The position numbers and the translations under genes are program-made. From assembly GCF_041886205.1 (NCBI RefSeq), contig NZ_CP169029.1: a DNA stretch of 64,000 nucleotides. One strand, written 5' to 3'. The notes below the pieces were generated by a model, which saw only the letters and a list, made by a program, of their open reading frames with translations, was not told the DNA's origin and searched no databases. Below are positions 13,147 to 26,005 of the stretch, piece after piece. The stretch comes from Escherichia coli. Its GTDB lineage: Bacteria; Pseudomonadota; Gammaproteobacteria; Enterobacterales; Enterobacteriaceae. The stretch's first letter is position 1, and every line of letters begins with the position of its first letter.

Positions 13147-14067
13147 TTACTTGTACCTGATAGCCGGGTTAATGGCGGCGTAAAGCACATCCACCACTAA
13201 GTTGATAAGAATAAATTCCAGCGAGAAAAGCAGAATTTCCGCCTGAATCACCGGGTAATCGCGCATTTCTACGGAGTCAACGAGTAAGCGTCCAAGTCCG
13301 GGCCAGTTGAAAACTTTCTCCACCACGATAGATCCACCGAGCAAAAAGCCAAACTGTAAGCCCATCATGGTCACTACCGGGATCATCGCGTTGCGTAGCC
13401 CGTGTTTGAGGACAACCCAGGTTTCGCTCACCCCTTTCGCCCTCGCGGTACGCATATAATCTTCGCTTAAAACGTCGACAAATGACGCACGGGTAAAGCG
13501 CGCCATCACGGCGGCCACTGCCGCGCCGAGCGTCAGGGAGGGTAAAATGTAGTGCTGCCAACTGTCTGCTCCCACGGTCGGCAGCCAGCCCAGTTCAACG
13601 GAGAATACCTGAATTAAAAGCATCCCCAGAGCAAATGCCGGAAACGAGATCCCCGACACCGCAATGGTCATACTCAATCGATCCGGCCAACGATTACGCC
13701 AGACGGCGGCGATAATTCCCGCCGCCATACCAAATATCACCGCCCAGACCATACTGGTTATGGTCAGCCACAGCGTTGGCATAAAGCGGCTGGCAATCTC
13801 ATCGGCAACCGGACGACGCGACACCATCGACAGGCCAAAATCCCCCTGCACAGCATTGCTGATATAGTGCCAGAACTGGTGATACAGCGGCTGATCCAAC
13901 CCCAGCTGCTGACGCACCAGTTCTATAACCTGCGCATCAGCTTCGGGCCCGGCAATCAATCGCGCCGGATCGCCGGGCAGCATATGGACAAATAAAAACA
14001 CCAGCACCGAGACGATAAACAGCGTCGGAATCAACCCCAGCAAGCGTTTGATAACGTAATTAAGCAT
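13147..14067 (-). CDS. gsiC: Glutathione ABC transporter permease GsiC
   Basis: DppB/OppB-type permease; 3-bp gap to gsiD. Confidence 0.9.
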   Translation of the reverse strand: MLNYVIKRLLGLIPTLFIVSVLVFLFVHMLPGDPARLIAGPEADAQVIELVRQQLGLDQPLYHQFWHYISNAVQGDFGLSMVSRRPVADEIASRFMPTLWLTITSMVWAVIFGMAAGIIAAVWRNRWPDRLSMTIAVSGISFPAFALGMLLIQVFSVELGWLPTVGADSWQHYILPSLTLGAAVAAVMARFTRASFVDVLSEDYMRTARAKGVSETWVVLKHGLRNAMIPVVTMMGLQFGFLLGGSIVVEKVFNWPGLGRLLVDSVEMRDYPVIQAEILLFSLEFILINLVVDVLYAAINPAIRYK

Positions 14068-14084
14068 TCCACTCCCTGCGCTGC

Positions 14085-15623
14085 TTATTGCAAATCCGCG
14101 TCTTCAAAGCTAAAGCCGGTGTCTGGCATGATCCAAAAACCGGTCAGGTTTTTACTGTGTGCCGACACCAGTTTTTCTACCACCAGCGGGATCCACGGCG
14201 ACTCTTGCCAGATGATATCCTGCGCCGCCTTATATAAGCGGGTCTTTTCCGCCGGATCATTAGTTTTCAGTGCCTGAGCCAGGAAGTCATCCACCTGTTT
14301 ATTGCTGTAAAACGCGGTATTAAACAGCGTCGGTGGCCAGTTCTGCGAGGCAAACAGCGGCGATAGTGCCCAGTCCGCTTCGCCGGTTGAAGCCGACCAG
14401 CCAGTGTAGAACATCCGCACGCCGCTCTCTTTTTGCCCTTTACCTTCAACTTCTGCCGCCCGCTGTCCGGCATCCATCGCAGTCACCTGGGCTTTAATCC
14501 CGACCTGCGCTAACTGCTGCTGGGTAAATTGCAGCACTTTCTGCGCGGTGCTGTGGTTATGTGACGACCACAGCGTGGTACTGAAACCGTTGGGATATCC
14601 CGCCTCTTTCAGTAATTCGCGCGCTTTCACTGGATCGTAAGGCCACGGTTTATAACTTTGCGCGTAGGCGATACTTGGCGGTACCACACCAGTAGCTGGC
14701 GTTGCATAGCCCGCAAAGGCAACTTTCACCAGCGCCGGACGGTTAATGGCGTAATTCAGCGCCTCACGGACCTTCGGGTTATCGAACGGCTTTTGCGTCA
14801 CGTTCATACTGATATAACGCTGCATAATTGACGGACTGGCCATCAACTCGATATTTTTGTTTTTCTCCAGCAGTGTGGCCTGCTCGTAAGGAATGGGGAA
14901 AGCAAACTGCGCTTCACCGGTTTGCAGCATTGCCGCGCGGGTGTTGTTATCCGCCACCGGACGCCAGGTTATGCTGTCCAGTTTGGGCAATCCTGGCTGC
15001 CAGTAACCCGCGAATTTTTTCACCTTCACAAAATCTGTCTGATTCCAGGTATCCAGTTCATACGGTCCGGTTCCCACCGGATGAAAACCAATCTCCTTGC
15101 CATATTTTTCCAGCGCTGCCGGTGAAATCATCGCGGTCGCCGGATGGGCAAGAATATTAATAAACGCTGAGAACGGCTGTTTGAGGGTAATCTTTACCGT
15201 TGTCGGATCGATCGCTTCCGTTTTGGCAATATTCTTATACAGGTTGTAGCGTTTAAGATGATTCGCCGGATCGCTGGCCCGGTCCAGATTCGCTTTTACC
15301 GCCGCTGCGTTGAAATCGGTGCCATCCTGGAATTTAATGCCTTCCCGCAATTTCACGGTGTATGTAAGGCCGTCATCGGAAACGGTATAACTCTCCGCCA
15401 GCACGTTTTTCAGTTTCATCTCTTTATCCAGACCAAACAGCCCCTGGTAAAACGATTTCGCTACGGCCTGAGATAACGTGTCATTTGCGTCATACGGATC
15501 GAGCGTGGTGAAGTTCGATCCTACCGCTACCACCACATCTTTGGCAGCGAATGCACAAGATGCCATCAACGCTGTCGCAATGCCCAGCGCCACTAACCCA
15601 CTACGGTGTACAGCTCTTGCCAT
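14085..15623 (-). CDS. gsiB: Glutathione-binding periplasmic protein GsiB
   Basis: Family 5 solute-binding protein; start at [10 protein letters not shown] verified at 15621-15623, ORF-track extension of 89 codons rejected. Confidence 0.9.
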   Translation of the reverse strand: MARAVHRSGLVALGIATALMASCAFAAKDVVVAVGSNFTTLDPYDANDTLSQAVAKSFYQGLFGLDKEMKLKNVLAESYTVSDDGLTYTVKLREGIKFQDGTDFNAAAVKANLDRASDPANHLKRYNLYKNIAKTEAIDPTTVKITLKQPFSAFINILAHPATAMISPAALEKYGKEIGFHPVGTGPYELDTWNQTDFVKVKKFAGYWQPGLPKLDSITWRPVADNNTRAAMLQTGEAQFAFPIPYEQATLLEKNKNIELMASPSIMQRYISMNVTQKPFDNPKVREALNYAINRPALVKVAFAGYATPATGVVPPSIAYAQSYKPWPYDPVKARELLKEAGYPNGFSTTLWSSHNHSTAQKVLQFTQQQLAQVGIKAQVTAMDAGQRAAEVEGKGQKESGVRMFYTGWSASTGEADWALSPLFASQNWPPTLFNTAFYSNKQVDDFLAQALKTNDPAEKTRLYKAAQDIIWQESPWIPLVVEKLVSAHSKNLTGFWIMPDTGFSFEDADLQ

Positions 15624-15642
15624 TTTATTCTCCGCCTGAATG

Positions 15643-17514
15643 TTATCTACGCATGAATGCGTATTCTGATTGTGGTTGTGCGACGTAATGCCCCGGCCCG
15701 ACGCATTGCAACGAGACGGCTGCCACCTCTTCGCCACGCAGATGAATATTGCTGGGAAGATCGTCCGACAGCAGTACACGCTGCGGTCGTTGTCGGGACG
15801 GTTCAGCGACCGGAACTGCCGCCAGTAATTTACGCGTATAAGGATGCTGCGGGTTTTCGAAGACCGCGCGCCGTGGACCAATTTCAACAATTTGCCCGAG
15901 ATACATCACCGCCACACGATGACTAATCCGCTCTACCACGGCCATATCGTGGGAGATAAACAGATACGCAATGCCGAAATCACGCTGGAGATCGAGCAAC
16001 AAGTTGATAATCTGCCCGCGAATAGAAACATCCAGCGCCGAAACGGCTTCGTCGGCAATGATCACTTTTGGATTCAATGCCAACGCGCGAGCAATGCAGA
16101 TGCGCTGGCGCTGACCGCCGGAAAACTCATGCGGGTAACGCCAGGCATGTTCAGGTAACAGGCCCACGCGCTCCAGCAACCACGCAACGCGTGCAGCCGC
16201 GTCTTTACCTGGCAATAAACCGTGTACACGCAGCGGTTCGATAATCGAATCACCGATGGTCTGACGTGGGTCCAGCGAAGCGTAAGGGTCCTGAAAAATA
16301 AACTGAATATCCCGGCGCAATGCCTGAAGTTTGCCGGGTGACAAGGTATCAATTCTCTGACCGTTAAAGATAATTTCGCCGCCCTGCGATTCGACCAGGC
16401 GCAGCAACGCCCGCCCGGTAGTGGATTTACCGCTGCCAGACTCGCCCACCAGCGATAGCGTTTCGCCAGGCCAGAGATCAAAACTGACTTTCTCAACGGC
16501 ATGCACTTCCCGCGTTACGCGATTCAACAAACCGCTGCGCAAAGGGAAACGGGTGACCAGATTACGCACCCGTAAAACAGGTTCGCCATCCACCACCGTT
16601 TTCTGCTCGATGGGGGGGGCCTGTTTCGCTGGATGTTCAAGCGATATCAATGGGAAACGTCGGGGATAATCTAACCCTTTCATCGCACCAAGTTGCGGAA
16701 CAGCAGCTAACAGCGCACGGGTGTAAGGATGTTGCGGTGCATGAAAAATCTGTTCGACGGTACCCGTTTCCACCGCCTCGCCCTGATACATCACCAGTAC
16801 CCGATCGGCAATCTCTGCCACCACGCCCATATCGTGAGTGATAAAGATAACGCCCATCGACATCTCTTTTTGCAATACTTTGATTAATTGCAGGATCTGC
16901 GCCTGAATAGTGACATCCAGCGCGGTGGTTGGCTCATCGGCAATCAGCACCGCCGGGCGGCATGACAGCGCCATCGCAATCATCACTCGCTGGCGCATCC
17001 CGCCAGAGAGTTGATGCGGATAACGTGAAAGAATGGTTTGTGCCTCCGGAATGCGTACCTGATCCAGCATCCGCTTCGCCTCGACCATCGCTTCTTCACG
17101 ACTGGCGTTCTGATGCAGATGAATTGATTCGGCAATCTGTTCACCCACAGAAAATACCGGGTTCAGCGATGTCATCGGCTCCTGAAATATCATCGCCATA
17201 TCCGCACCGCGCACATGACGCATTTGTGCAGCGCTCTGCTCGCTAAGTTCAATCACATCACGACTGCGCCGCCGCAACAGCATTTTATCGCACTGTACTA
17301 AACCGCCCGCCTGTTCCAACAGACGCATCAATGCCAGCGCAGTCACTGACTTACCGGAGCCGGATTCGCCAACAATTGCCAGCGTCTCACCGCGTTGCAG
17401 ACTAAAAGAGAGATTGCGGACCGCAGCTATTTTCTGCTGGTCCTGCATAAAGGCAATATTCAGATTTTCAACCGCCAGCACATTACCGGCATCAAGTTCA
17501 TCACTGTGTGGCAA
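15643..17514 (-). CDS. gsiA: Glutathione ABC transporter ATPase GsiA (tandem ABC domains)
   Basis: Two Walker A motifs (GESGSGKS twice) and two LSGG signatures; start inferred as TTG at 17512-17514 giving [10 protein letters not shown], overlapping the iaaA stop. Confidence 0.85.
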   Translation of the reverse strand: MPHSDELDAGNVLAVENLNIAFMQDQQKIAAVRNLSFSLQRGETLAIVGESGSGKSVTALALMRLLEQAGGLVQCDKMLLRRRSRDVIELSEQSAAQMRHVRGADMAMIFQEPMTSLNPVFSVGEQIAESIHLHQNASREEAMVEAKRMLDQVRIPEAQTILSRYPHQLSGGMRQRVMIAMALSCRPAVLIADEPTTALDVTIQAQILQLIKVLQKEMSMGVIFITHDMGVVAEIADRVLVMYQGEAVETGTVEQIFHAPQHPYTRALLAAVPQLGAMKGLDYPRRFPLISLEHPAKQAPPIEQKTVVDGEPVLRVRNLVTRFPLRSGLLNRVTREVHAVEKVSFDLWPGETLSLVGESGSGKSTTGRALLRLVESQGGEIIFNGQRIDTLSPGKLQALRRDIQFIFQDPYASLDPRQTIGDSIIEPLRVHGLLPGKDAAARVAWLLERVGLLPEHAWRYPHEFSGGQRQRICIARALALNPKVIIADEAVSALDVSIRGQIINLLLDLQRDFGIAYLFISHDMAVVERISHRVAVMYLGQIVEIGPRRAVFENPQHPYTRKLLAAVPVAEPSRQRPQRVLLSDDLPSNIHLRGEEVAAVSLQCVGPGHYVAQPQSEYAFMRR

Positions 17515-18466
17515 CGGTGTCCCCTTTTTCACGGTAGATACCGGTGGTTGGTGTATCGCCTGCGTAGCCCCAGGCGCGATACATTCCTTCGGTGTTAAAC
17601 GGTAGCGCGACGTTACCTTCATGGTCGATAGCGATTAAGCCACCGCTACCGCCAAGCGCAGGGAGTTTTTCCTTTACTACCCGCTCGCAGGCTTCCGCGA
17701 GACTTAATCCGCCGTAATCCATTAACGCGGCGATGTCATATGCCGCCAGCGCGCGGATGAAGACTTCGCCCGTGCCGGTACAAGAAACCGCCACACTGGC
17801 GTTATTGGCGTAGCATCCGGCCCCCACTAAGGGACTATCGCCAACTCGTCCGGGTAATTTATTGGTCATTCCGCCCGTGGACGTGGCTGCCGCCAGATTA
17901 CCGTCTAAATCCAACGCTACGGCCCCCACGGTGCCCATTTTCTGTTTTTCATCCAGTGGCGCACCGCTATGGTCGAGGACGGTTGCCCCTTCCTCGCGCG
18001 CTGCCAGTAGTTGTTCATAACGCAAAGGCGTGGAGAAAATCTCCGGCGAGACGCGCTCCATGCCATGAGCAAACGCAAAATTTTCTGCCCCTTCGCCAAT
18101 CATCATCACATGCGGGCTTTGCTCCATCACCAGCCGGGCGGCAAGAACCGGATTACGCAGATGACTAACGCCCGCCACCGCACCGGCTTTCAGGGTGTTA
18201 CCATCCATCACACAGGCGTCCAGTTCATGGGTTTCATCACGCGTAAAGACAGCGCCAATTCCGGCGTTAAACAGTGGACACTCTTCCAGCAGACGCACCG
18301 CTTCCGTCACCACATCCAGCGCACTTTCGCCCGCTTCCAGCATTTTCTGCCCGGTTTCAACAATGGCAGACAACGCCTCAATGTAGCGTAATTCCTGTTG
18401 CAGACTCATCTGCGCGCGGCTAATTGCACCTGCGCCACCATGAATTGCAATGACTGCTTTGCCCAT
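17501..18466 (-). CDS. iaaA: Isoaspartyl dipeptidase / L-asparaginase IaaA (Ntn hydrolase)
   Basis: 321 aa; Ntn autoprocessing site GTVGAVALD; synteny upstream of gsiA. Confidence 0.9.
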   Translation of the reverse strand: MGKAVIAIHGGAGAISRAQMSLQQELRYIEALSAIVETGQKMLEAGESALDVVTEAVRLLEECPLFNAGIGAVFTRDETHELDACVMDGNTLKAGAVAGVSHLRNPVLAARLVMEQSPHVMMIGEGAENFAFAHGMERVSPEIFSTPLRYEQLLAAREEGATVLDHSGAPLDEKQKMGTVGAVALDLDGNLAAATSTGGMTNKLPGRVGDSPLVGAGCYANNASVAVSCTGTGEVFIRALAAYDIAALMDYGGLSLAEACERVVKEKLPALGGSGGLIAIDHEGNVALPFNTEGMYRAWGYAGDTPTTGIYREKGDTVATQ

Positions 18467-18669
18467 AGTATTCGTCCATTAAGGGTGGCTCGCCACTTTT
18501 GCTATAAATATCAGAATTTTTATGAATTACTCATTCAATTTTTGAATATAGAAAGATGGATATGGCATGTAAAGGCAGGAGCCAACGCTACGCCCGAGGT
18601 GGCATACAGTCTGTGGCGTTTTTCTGACATAATAGGCAAATTCGATTTTGCCTCCGCAGGAGTGTTTTC

Positions 18670-19905
18670 ATGGAATTTACCACCGGATTGATGTCGCTCG
18701 ACACCGCGCTTAATGAGATGCTTTCTCGCGTCACCCCACTGACCGCCCAGGAAACGCTGCCACTGGTACAGTGTTTTGGTCGTATTCTGGCGAGCGATGT
18801 CGTTTCGCCGCTTGATGTTCCAGGGTTTGATAACTCCGCAATGGACGGCTACGCGGTGCGTTTAGCCGATATTGCCTCCGGGCAACCGCTGCCCGTTGCC
18901 GGTAAATCCTTTGCCGGTCAGCCGTATCATGGTGAATGGCCTGCGGGCACCTGCATTCGTATTATGACCGGTGCGCCGGTGCCGGAAGGCTGCGAAGCGG
19001 TGGTGATGCAGGAGCAGACTGAACAAACGGACAATGGCGTGCGTTTTACTGCTGAAGTGCGTAGCGGGCAAAATATTCGCCGTCGCGGTGAAGATATCTC
19101 TGCAGGTGCGGTTGTTTTCCCGGCGGGAACTCGCCTGACTACCGCAGAGCTGCCAGTAATTGCTTCACTGGGGATTGCCGAAGTTCCGGTGATTCGTAAA
19201 GTGCGTGTAGCGCTTTTTTCTACCGGTGATGAACTCCAGTTGCCCGGTCAGCCGCTGGGCGACGGCCAAATCTACGACACCAACCGTCTCGCCGTACACC
19301 TGATGTTAGAACAGCTGGGTTGCGAGGTAATCAACTTAGGGATTATCCGCGACGATCCCCATGCCCTGCGCGCCGCATTTATTGAAGCCGACAGCCAGGC
19401 GGATGTAGTGATCAGTTCCGGCGGTGTTTCAGTGGGTGAAGCGGATTACACCAAAACGATTCTTGAAGAGCTGGGGGAGATCGCCTTCTGGAAGCTGGCG
19501 ATTAAACCAGGTAAACCGTTCGCGTTCGGTAAACTCAGCAATAGCTGGTTCTGCGGCCTGCCGGGCAACCCGGTTTCAGCGACGCTGACCTTCTATCAAC
19601 TGGTACAGCCTTTGCTGGCAAAACTAAGCGGCAACACCGCCAGCGGCCTGCCCGCGCGCCAGCGCGTACGCACAGCGTCCCGCCTGAAAAAAACGCCAGG
19701 ACGTCTTGATTTCCAGCGCGGCGTGCTGCAACGCAACGCCGATGGCGAACTGGAAGTGACGACCACCGGACATCAGGGTTCACATATATTTAGCTCCTTT
19801 AGCCTCGGCAACTGCTTTATCGTGCTGGAACGCGATCGCGGCAATGTGGAAGTGGGCGAATGGGTGGAAGTAGAACCGTTTAACGCGTTGTTCGGAGGCC
19901 TGTAA
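18670..19905 (+). CDS. moeA: Molybdopterin molybdenumtransferase MoeA
   Basis: 411 aa MoeA fold with MoCF biosynthesis domain; 1-nt overlap with moeB. Confidence 0.92.
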   Translation: MEFTTGLMSLDTALNEMLSRVTPLTAQETLPLVQCFGRILASDVVSPLDVPGFDNSAMDGYAVRLADIASGQPLPVAGKSFAGQPYHGEWPAGTCIRIMTGAPVPEGCEAVVMQEQTEQTDNGVRFTAEVRSGQNIRRRGEDISAGAVVFPAGTRLTTAELPVIASLGIAEVPVIRKVRVALFSTGDELQLPGQPLGDGQIYDTNRLAVHLMLEQLGCEVINLGIIRDDPHALRAAFIEADSQADVVISSGGVSVGEADYTKTILEELGEIAFWKLAIKPGKPFAFGKLSNSWFCGLPGNPVSATLTFYQLVQPLLAKLSGNTASGLPARQRVRTASRLKKTPGRLDFQRGVLQRNADGELEVTTTGHQGSHIFSSFSLGNCFIVLERDRGNVEVGEWVEVEPFNALFGGL

Positions 19906-20654
19906 TGGCGGAACTCAGCGATCAGGAGATGCTGCGCTACAACCGGCAAATCATTCTGCGCGGTTTTGATTTTGACGGTCAGGAGGCGCTAAAAGATTCT
20001 CGTGTGCTGGTAGTCGGCCTCGGTGGACTCGGCTGCGCAGCTTCGCAGTATCTGGCAAGCGCCGGTGTCGGCAACCTGACGCTGCTCGACTTCGACACGG
20101 TTTCGCTCTCGAATCTGCAACGCCAGACACTGCACAGTGATGCCACGGTCGGGCAACCGAAGGTGGAATCCGCCCGTGACGCCCTGACGCGGATCAACCC
20201 ACATATCGCGATTACGCCAGTCAATGCACTGCTAGATGACGCAGAACTTGCAGCATTGATTGCTGAACACGATCTGGTGCTCGACTGTACGGATAACGTT
20301 GCGGTACGTAATCAACTTAACGCAGGCTGTTTTGCCGCGAAGGTGCCGCTGGTTTCCGGCGCGGCAATTCGTATGGAAGGGCAAATCACGGTCTTCACTT
20401 ATCAGGACGGCGAACCGTGCTATCGCTGCCTTAGCCGTTTGTTTGGCGAGAACGCATTAACCTGCGTAGAAGCAGGCGTGATGGCACCGTTGATCGGCGT
20501 AATTGGTTCGTTGCAGGCAATGGAAGCGATCAAACTGCTGGCAGGTTATGGCAAACCGGCCAGCGGGAAAATCGTCATGTACGATGCGATGACCTGTCAG
20601 TTTCGTGAAATGAAACTGATGCGCAATCCGGGGTGTGAGGTGTGCGGGCAGTAA
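19905..20654 (+). CDS. moeB: Molybdopterin-synthase adenylyltransferase MoeB
   Basis: ThiF/MoeB Rossmann motif GLGGLG and C-terminal CxxC pairs. Confidence 0.92.
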   Translation: MAELSDQEMLRYNRQIILRGFDFDGQEALKDSRVLVVGLGGLGCAASQYLASAGVGNLTLLDFDTVSLSNLQRQTLHSDATVGQPKVESARDALTRINPHIAITPVNALLDDAELAALIAEHDLVLDCTDNVAVRNQLNAGCFAAKVPLVSGAAIRMEGQITVFTYQDGEPCYRCLSRLFGENALTCVEAGVMAPLIGVIGSLQAMEAIKLLAGYGKPASGKIVMYDAMTCQFREMKLMRNPGCEVCGQ

Positions 20655-20729
20655 TTGCCACCTTCAGGCCAGATAAGACGCGGCACTCCGCCACGTCATC
20701 AGCAATTTATGAGGATGCAGAACGTCCGG

Positions 20730-21392
20730 TTAAATCGACGTTCTGCCAAACGCTCCCTGCCAGTCCTGCTCAAACTTCGCCACAGCGGCATCAACCGCCG
20801 GATAGCTAATCATCTGTTGTGCCACATCCAGTGGCAGAGTAATTGATTCACATCCTGCCAGTAAGCAGTCCAGCGCCTGACGCGGGGTTTTGAAACTCGC
20901 GGCTAACACTTTTGCCTGCGGCGCATGCATTTTCAGTAACTGGTGTAAGTCGGTCACAGTTTGAATACCACTACCGCCCTGAGCATCAATACGGTTGACG
21001 TAAGGCGCAACATATTCCGCACCTGCCAGCGCCGACAGCAGCCCTTGTGCTGCGCCATATACCGCGGTTCCCAGCGTCGGAATCCCTTCCGCTTTTAACA
21101 TCTTAATCGCTGCCAGCCCCTCGGCGGTCACCGGAACTTTCACCACGATATCCGCAATAATAGAACGCAATTTACGTGCGTCATTCACCATCCCTTCAGC
21201 AGTGATAGCCATTACCTGGGCAAACAGACGCCCCTGACCGCCCATCGCTTCATGAAGTTCCGGAAGCACAACCTCCAGCGGTTTTTTACCTGCGGCGATA
21301 ATGCTTGGGTTAGTGGTCACGCCCGCCAGCGGAAAAATACGTGACAGCGCCTTCACCGCAACAACGTCTGAAGTATCCAGATACAGTTCCAT
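20730..21392 (-). CDS. fsaA: Fructose-6-phosphate aldolase 1
   Basis: Matches FsaA from [10 protein letters not shown] (220 aa); the 24-codon ORF-track extension rejected. Confidence 0.88.
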   Translation of the reverse strand: MELYLDTSDVVAVKALSRIFPLAGVTTNPSIIAAGKKPLEVVLPELHEAMGGQGRLFAQVMAITAEGMVNDARKLRSIIADIVVKVPVTAEGLAAIKMLKAEGIPTLGTAVYGAAQGLLSALAGAEYVAPYVNRIDAQGGSGIQTVTDLHQLLKMHAPQAKVLAASFKTPRQALDCLLAGCESITLPLDVAQQMISYPAVDAAVAKFEQDWQGAFGRTSI

Positions 21393-21495
21393 AACCATCC
21401 TCAAAATGTACTTTTTGTCTGAATGTAGACTATCACGGGAAAACTCTCTGAACAGTTGACGCACATCAATCTAACTTTCATTCGAAAGTATTTTA

Positions 21496-22422
21496 ATGTT
21501 TGAACGAAACAGAGAGGCAACTATGATTTTCAATATTCAGCGCTACTCGACCCATGATGGCCCCGGTATCCGCACGGTCGTATTTCTTAAAGGCTGTTCG
21601 CTGGGCTGCCGCTGGTGTCAAAACCCGGAAAGCCGCGCCCGCACGCAGGATCTGTTGTATGACGCACGACTGTGTCTGGAAGGCTGCGAGCTGTGCGCTA
21701 AGGCCGCGCCGGAAGTGATTGAGCGCGCGCTGAATGGTTTGCTTATTCATCGGGAAAAGTTAACCCCGGAGCATCTGACGGCGTTAACCGACTGCTGTCC
21801 GACACAGGCATTAACCGTGTGTGGTGAAGTGAAAAGCGTTGAGGAGATCATGACGACCGTTCTGCGCGATAAACCGTTTTACGATCGCAGCGGCGGCGGT
21901 TTAACGCTTTCGGGTGGTGAGCCCTTTATGCAGCCGGAAATGGCGATGGCGCTACTGCAAGCCAGCCACGAGGCAGGCATTCATACTGCGGTAGAAACCT
22001 GTCTGCATGTGCCGTGGAAATATATCGCCCCTTCTCTGCCCTATATCGATCTGTTTCTTGCCGATTTAAAACACGTTGCCGACGCGCCGTTTAAACAGTG
22101 GACCGACGGTAACGCCGCCAGAGTGCTGGATAACCTGAAAAAACTCGCTGCAGCGGGCAAAAAAATCATTATCCGCGTGCCGCTGATTCAGGGCTTTAAT
22201 GCCGACGAAACCTCTGTAAAAGCCATTACCGATTTTGCCGCCGACGAGCTGCACGTTGGCGAAATTCATTTTCTGCCCTACCACACGCTGGGCATCAACA
22301 AATATCACTTACTTAATCTGCCCTATGACGCCCCGGAAAAACCGCTTGATGCGCCAGAACTGCTCGACTTTGCCCAGCAGTATGCCTGCCAGAAAGGGTT
22401 AACCGCGACCTTACGAGGATAA
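21496..22422 (+). CDS. ybiY: Glycyl-radical enzyme activating protein YbiY (PflE)
   Basis: Radical-SAM CxxxCxxC (CSLGCRWC) plus additional cysteine-rich ferredoxin-like cluster; 308 aa, adjacent to ybiW. Confidence 0.88.
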
Positions 22423-22427
22423 CAACC

Positions 22428-24860
22428 ATGACCACACTGAAACTGGACACGCTCAGCGACCGCATTAAAGCGCACAAAAATGCGCTGGTGCATATTGTGA
22501 AACCGCCAGTCTGTACCGAGCGCGCGCAGCACTATACCGAGATGTATCAACAACATCTCGATAAGCCGATCCCGGTACGTCGCGCGCTGGCACTGGCGCA
22601 TCACCTGGCGAATCGCACCATCTGGATCAAACACGATGAGTTGATCATTGGCAACCAGGCAAGCGAAGTTCGCGCCGCGCCGATCTTCCCGGAATATACT
22701 GTCTCGTGGATCGAAAAAGAGATTGATGATCTGGCAGATCGTCCCGGTGCTGGCTTTGCGGTGAGCGAAGAGAACAAACGCGTTCTGCATGAAGTGTGCC
22801 CGTGGTGGCGCGGTCAGACCGTACAGGATCGCTGCTACGGCATGTTTACCGATGAGCAAAAAGGTCTGCTGGCGACCGGAATCATTAAAGCGGAAGGCAA
22901 TATGACCTCCGGCGATGCGCACCTGGCGGTGAATTTCCCGCTGCTGCTGGAAAAAGGGCTTGATGGTCTGCGCGAGAAAGTAGCGGAACGTCGCTCGCGC
23001 ATCAACCTGACGATGCTGGAAGATTTACACGGTGAGCAATTCCTGAAAGCGATTGATATCGTGCTGGTGGCAGTCAGTGAACACATTGAACGTTTCGCTG
23101 CCCTGGCGCGTGAAATGGCCGCGACCGAAACCCGCGAAAGCCGTCGCGATGAACTGCTGGCGATGGCAGAAAACTGCGATCTTATCGCCCACCAGCCGCC
23201 GCAGACTTTCTGGCAGGCGCTGCAACTGTGTTACTTCATCCAGTTGATTTTGCAGATCGAATCTAACGGTCACTCAGTATCGTTTGGTCGTATGGACCAG
23301 TATCTCTACCCGTACTATCGCCGCGACGTTGAACTCAACCAGACACTGGATCGCGAACACGCCATCGAATTGCTGCATAGCTGCTGGCTGAAACTGCTGG
23401 AAGTGAACAAGATCCGCTCCGGCTCGCACTCAAAAGCCTCTGCGGGTAGTCCGCTGTATCAGAACGTCACCATTGGCGGGCAAAATCTGGTTGATGGTCA
23501 ACCAATGGACGCGGTGAATCCACTCTCTTACGCGATCCTCGAATCCTGCGGTCGCCTGCGTTCCACTCAGCCTAACCTCAGCGTGCGTTACCACGCGGGA
23601 ATGAGCAACGATTTCCTCGACGCCTGCGTACAGGTGATCCGCTGCGGCTTCGGGATGCCGGCGTTCAACAACGACGAAATCGTGATCCCGGAATTTATTA
23701 AACTCGGTATTGAACCGCAGGACGCTTACGACTATGCAGCAATTGGCTGTATAGAAACCGCCGTCGGTGGCAAATGGGGCTATCGCTGTACCGGCATGAG
23801 CTTTATCAATTTCGCCCGCGTGATGCTGGCGGCGCTGGAAGGCGGTCGTGATGCAACCAGCGGCAAAGTGTTCCTGCCACAAGAAAAAGCGTTGTCGGCA
23901 GGTAACTTTAACAATTTCGATGAAGTAATGGACGCGTGGGATACGCAAATCCGTTACTACACCCGCAAATCAATCGAAATCGAATATGTCGTCGACACCA
24001 TGCTGGAGGAGAACGTACACGATATTCTCTGCTCGGCGCTGGTGGATGACTGTATTGAGCGAGCAAAAAGTATCAAGCAAGGCGGCGCGAAATATGACTG
24101 GGTATCGGGCCTGCAGGTCGGTATTGCCAACCTCGGCAACAGCCTGGCGGCAGTGAAGAAACTGGTGTTTGAACAGGGCGCGATTGGTCAGCAACAGCTG
24201 GCTGCCGCACTGGCGGATGACTTCGACGGCCTGACGCACGAGCAGCTGCGTCAGCGGCTGATTAACGGTGCGCCGAAGTACGGCAACGACGATGATACTG
24301 TCGATACGCTGCTGGCTCGCGCTTATCAGACCTATATCGACGAACTGAAACAGTACCATAACCCGCGCTACGGTCGTGGTCCGGTTGGCGGCAACTATTA
24401 CGCGGGTACGTCGTCTATCTCCGCTAACGTACCGTTTGGCGCGCAAACTATGGCAACGCCAGACGGACGTAAAGCCCACACCCCGCTGGCAGAAGGCGCA
24501 AGCCCGGCCTCCGGTACTGACCATCTTGGCCCTACTGCGGTCATTGGCTCGGTGGGTAAACTGCCTACGGCAGCGATCCTCGGCGGCGTGTTGCTCAACC
24601 AGAAACTGAATCCGGCAACGCTGGAGAACGAATCTGACAAACAGAAACTGATGATCCTGCTCCGTACCTTCTTCGAGGTGCATAAAGGCTGGCATATTCA
24701 GTACAACATCGTTTCCCGCGAGACGCTGCTGGAGGCGAAAAAACATCCCGATCAGTATCGCGATCTGGTAGTGCGTGTCGCGGGCTATTCCGCCTTCTTC
24801 ACCGCGCTCTCTCCTGACGCACAGGACGATATCATCGCCCGTACTGAACATATGCTGTAA
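22428..24860 (+). CDS. ybiW: Pyruvate formate-lyase-like glycyl radical enzyme YbiW (PflF)
   Basis: 810 aa; C-terminal glycyl radical motif RVAGYSA; synteny. Confidence 0.9.
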   Translation: MTTLKLDTLSDRIKAHKNALVHIVKPPVCTERAQHYTEMYQQHLDKPIPVRRALALAHHLANRTIWIKHDELIIGNQASEVRAAPIFPEYTVSWIEKEIDDLADRPGAGFAVSEENKRVLHEVCPWWRGQTVQDRCYGMFTDEQKGLLATGIIKAEGNMTSGDAHLAVNFPLLLEKGLDGLREKVAERRSRINLTMLEDLHGEQFLKAIDIVLVAVSEHIERFAALAREMAATETRESRRDELLAMAENCDLIAHQPPQTFWQALQLCYFIQLILQIESNGHSVSFGRMDQYLYPYYRRDVELNQTLDREHAIELLHSCWLKLLEVNKIRSGSHSKASAGSPLYQNVTIGGQNLVDGQPMDAVNPLSYAILESCGRLRSTQPNLSVRYHAGMSNDFLDACVQVIRCGFGMPAFNNDEIVIPEFIKLGIEPQDAYDYAAIGCIETAVGGKWGYRCTGMSFINFARVMLAALEGGRDATSGKVFLPQEKALSAGNFNNFDEVMDAWDTQIRYYTRKSIEIEYVVDTMLEENVHDILCSALVDDCIERAKSIKQGGAKYDWVSGLQVGIANLGNSLAAVKKLVFEQGAIGQQQLAAALADDFDGLTHEQLRQRLINGAPKYGNDDDTVDTLLARAYQTYIDELKQYHNPRYGRGPVGGNYYAGTSSISANVPFGAQTMATPDGRKAHTPLAEGASPASGTDHLGPTAVIGSVGKLPTAAILGGVLLNQKLNPATLENESDKQKLMILLRTFFEVHKGWHIQYNIVSRETLLEAKKHPDQYRDLVVRVAGYSAFFTALSPDAQDDIIARTEHML

Positions 24861-24999
24861 CCCCCTCAGCCCGGTAACGGTTGTTGCCGGGCGAAAATAC
24901 TCATCCCATCGATATTATTTTAATCCGAAATAAATTTGTGCTCCGCGTCACATTGTCATTACACTGTGGCGGTTTGCATTCATTGTCAGGAGCACATCT

Positions 25000-25815
25000 A
25001 TGAGCGTAAAAGTTATCGTCACAGACATGGACGGTACTTTTCTTAGCGACGCCAAAACGTACAATCATGAGCGTTTTATGGCGCAGTATCAGGAACTTAA
25101 AAAGCGCGGTATTGAGTTCGTTGTCGCCAGCGGTAATCAGTATTACCAGCTTATTTCGTTCTTTCCTGAGCTAAAAGATGAGATCTCTTTTGTCGCGGAA
25201 AACGGCGCGCTGGTTTACGAACATGGCAAGCAACTGTTCCACGGCGAACTGACCCGACATGAATCGCGGATTGTTATTGGCGAGTTGCTAAAAGATAAGC
25301 AACTCAATTTTGTCGCCTGCGGTCTGCAAAGTGCATATGTCAGCGAAAATGCCCCCGAAGCATTCGTCGCACTGATGGCAAAACACTACCATCGCCTGAA
25401 ACCTGTAAAAGATTATCAGGAGATTGACGACGTACTGTTCAAGTTTTCGCTCAACCTGCCGGATGAACAAATCCCGTTAGTGATAGATAAACTGCACATA
25501 GCACTCGATGGCATTATGAAACCCGTCACCAGTGGTTTTGGCTTTATCGACCTGATTATTCCCGGACTACATAAAGCGAATGGTATTACGCGGTTACTGA
25601 AACGCTGGGATCTGTCACCGCAAAATGTGGTAGCGATTGGCGACAGCGGTAACGATGCGGAGATGCTCAAAATGGCGCGTTATTCTTTTGCTATGGGCAA
25701 TGCTGCGGAAAACATTAAACAAATCGCCCGTTACGCTACCGATGATAATAATCATGAAGGCGCGCTGAATGTGATTCAGGCGGTGCTGGATAATAAAGCG
25801 CCGTTTACTCTTTAA
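25000..25815 (+). CDS. ybiV: HAD-family sugar phosphatase YbiV
   Basis: Cof-type HAD motifs DMDGTF near N-terminus and GDSGND near C-terminus. Confidence 0.88.
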   Translation: MSVKVIVTDMDGTFLSDAKTYNHERFMAQYQELKKRGIEFVVASGNQYYQLISFFPELKDEISFVAENGALVYEHGKQLFHGELTRHESRIVIGELLKDKQLNFVACGLQSAYVSENAPEAFVALMAKHYHRLKPVKDYQEIDDVLFKFSLNLPDEQIPLVIDKLHIALDGIMKPVTSGFGFIDLIIPGLHKANGITRLLKRWDLSPQNVVAIGDSGNDAEMLKMARYSFAMGNAAENIKQIARYATDDNNHEGALNVIQAVLDNKAPFTL

Positions 25816-25856
25816 TAATTGCCGATTCATTTTATTGAGAAAGTGCGCGTCGTCAT

Positions 25857-25955
25857 GCCGGATGCGGCGTGACCGCCTTATCCAGCCTACAAAATCATGC
25901 AAATTCAACATATTGCGATACGCTGCCAGGTCTGATAAGCGTAGCGCATCAGGCA
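25857..25955. repeat. Two REP (repetitive extragenic palindrome) units in ybiV-ybiT intergenic region
   Basis: gccggatgcggcgtgaccgccttatccagcctac and ctgataagcgtagcgcatcaggc match the canonical E. coli REP consensus. Confidence 0.7.
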
Positions 25956-25979
25956 ATTTTGCATTTGTCATCAGTCTCA

Positions 25980-26005
25980 GTAGCCCTGACATTATCAGGG
26001 CTACT
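25980..26005. terminator. Stem-loop 3' of ybiT
   Basis: Inverted repeat agtagccctga / tcagggctact just downstream of the ybiT stop. Confidence 0.45.

Noticed and set aside
15624..15890. Long N-terminal extensions suggested by the ORF track for gsiB (and similarly bssR, fsaA, dps, pdeI, dacC, ompX, rhtA)
   Set aside because: The extensions precede the recognisable conserved N-termini or signal peptides and overlap upstream genes or promoters; internal starts were chosen.
23970..24851. 293-aa ORF antisense to ybiW
   Set aside because: Lies entirely inside the well-supported glycyl-radical enzyme gene on the opposite strand; no recognisable domains; typical GC-rich antisense open frame.
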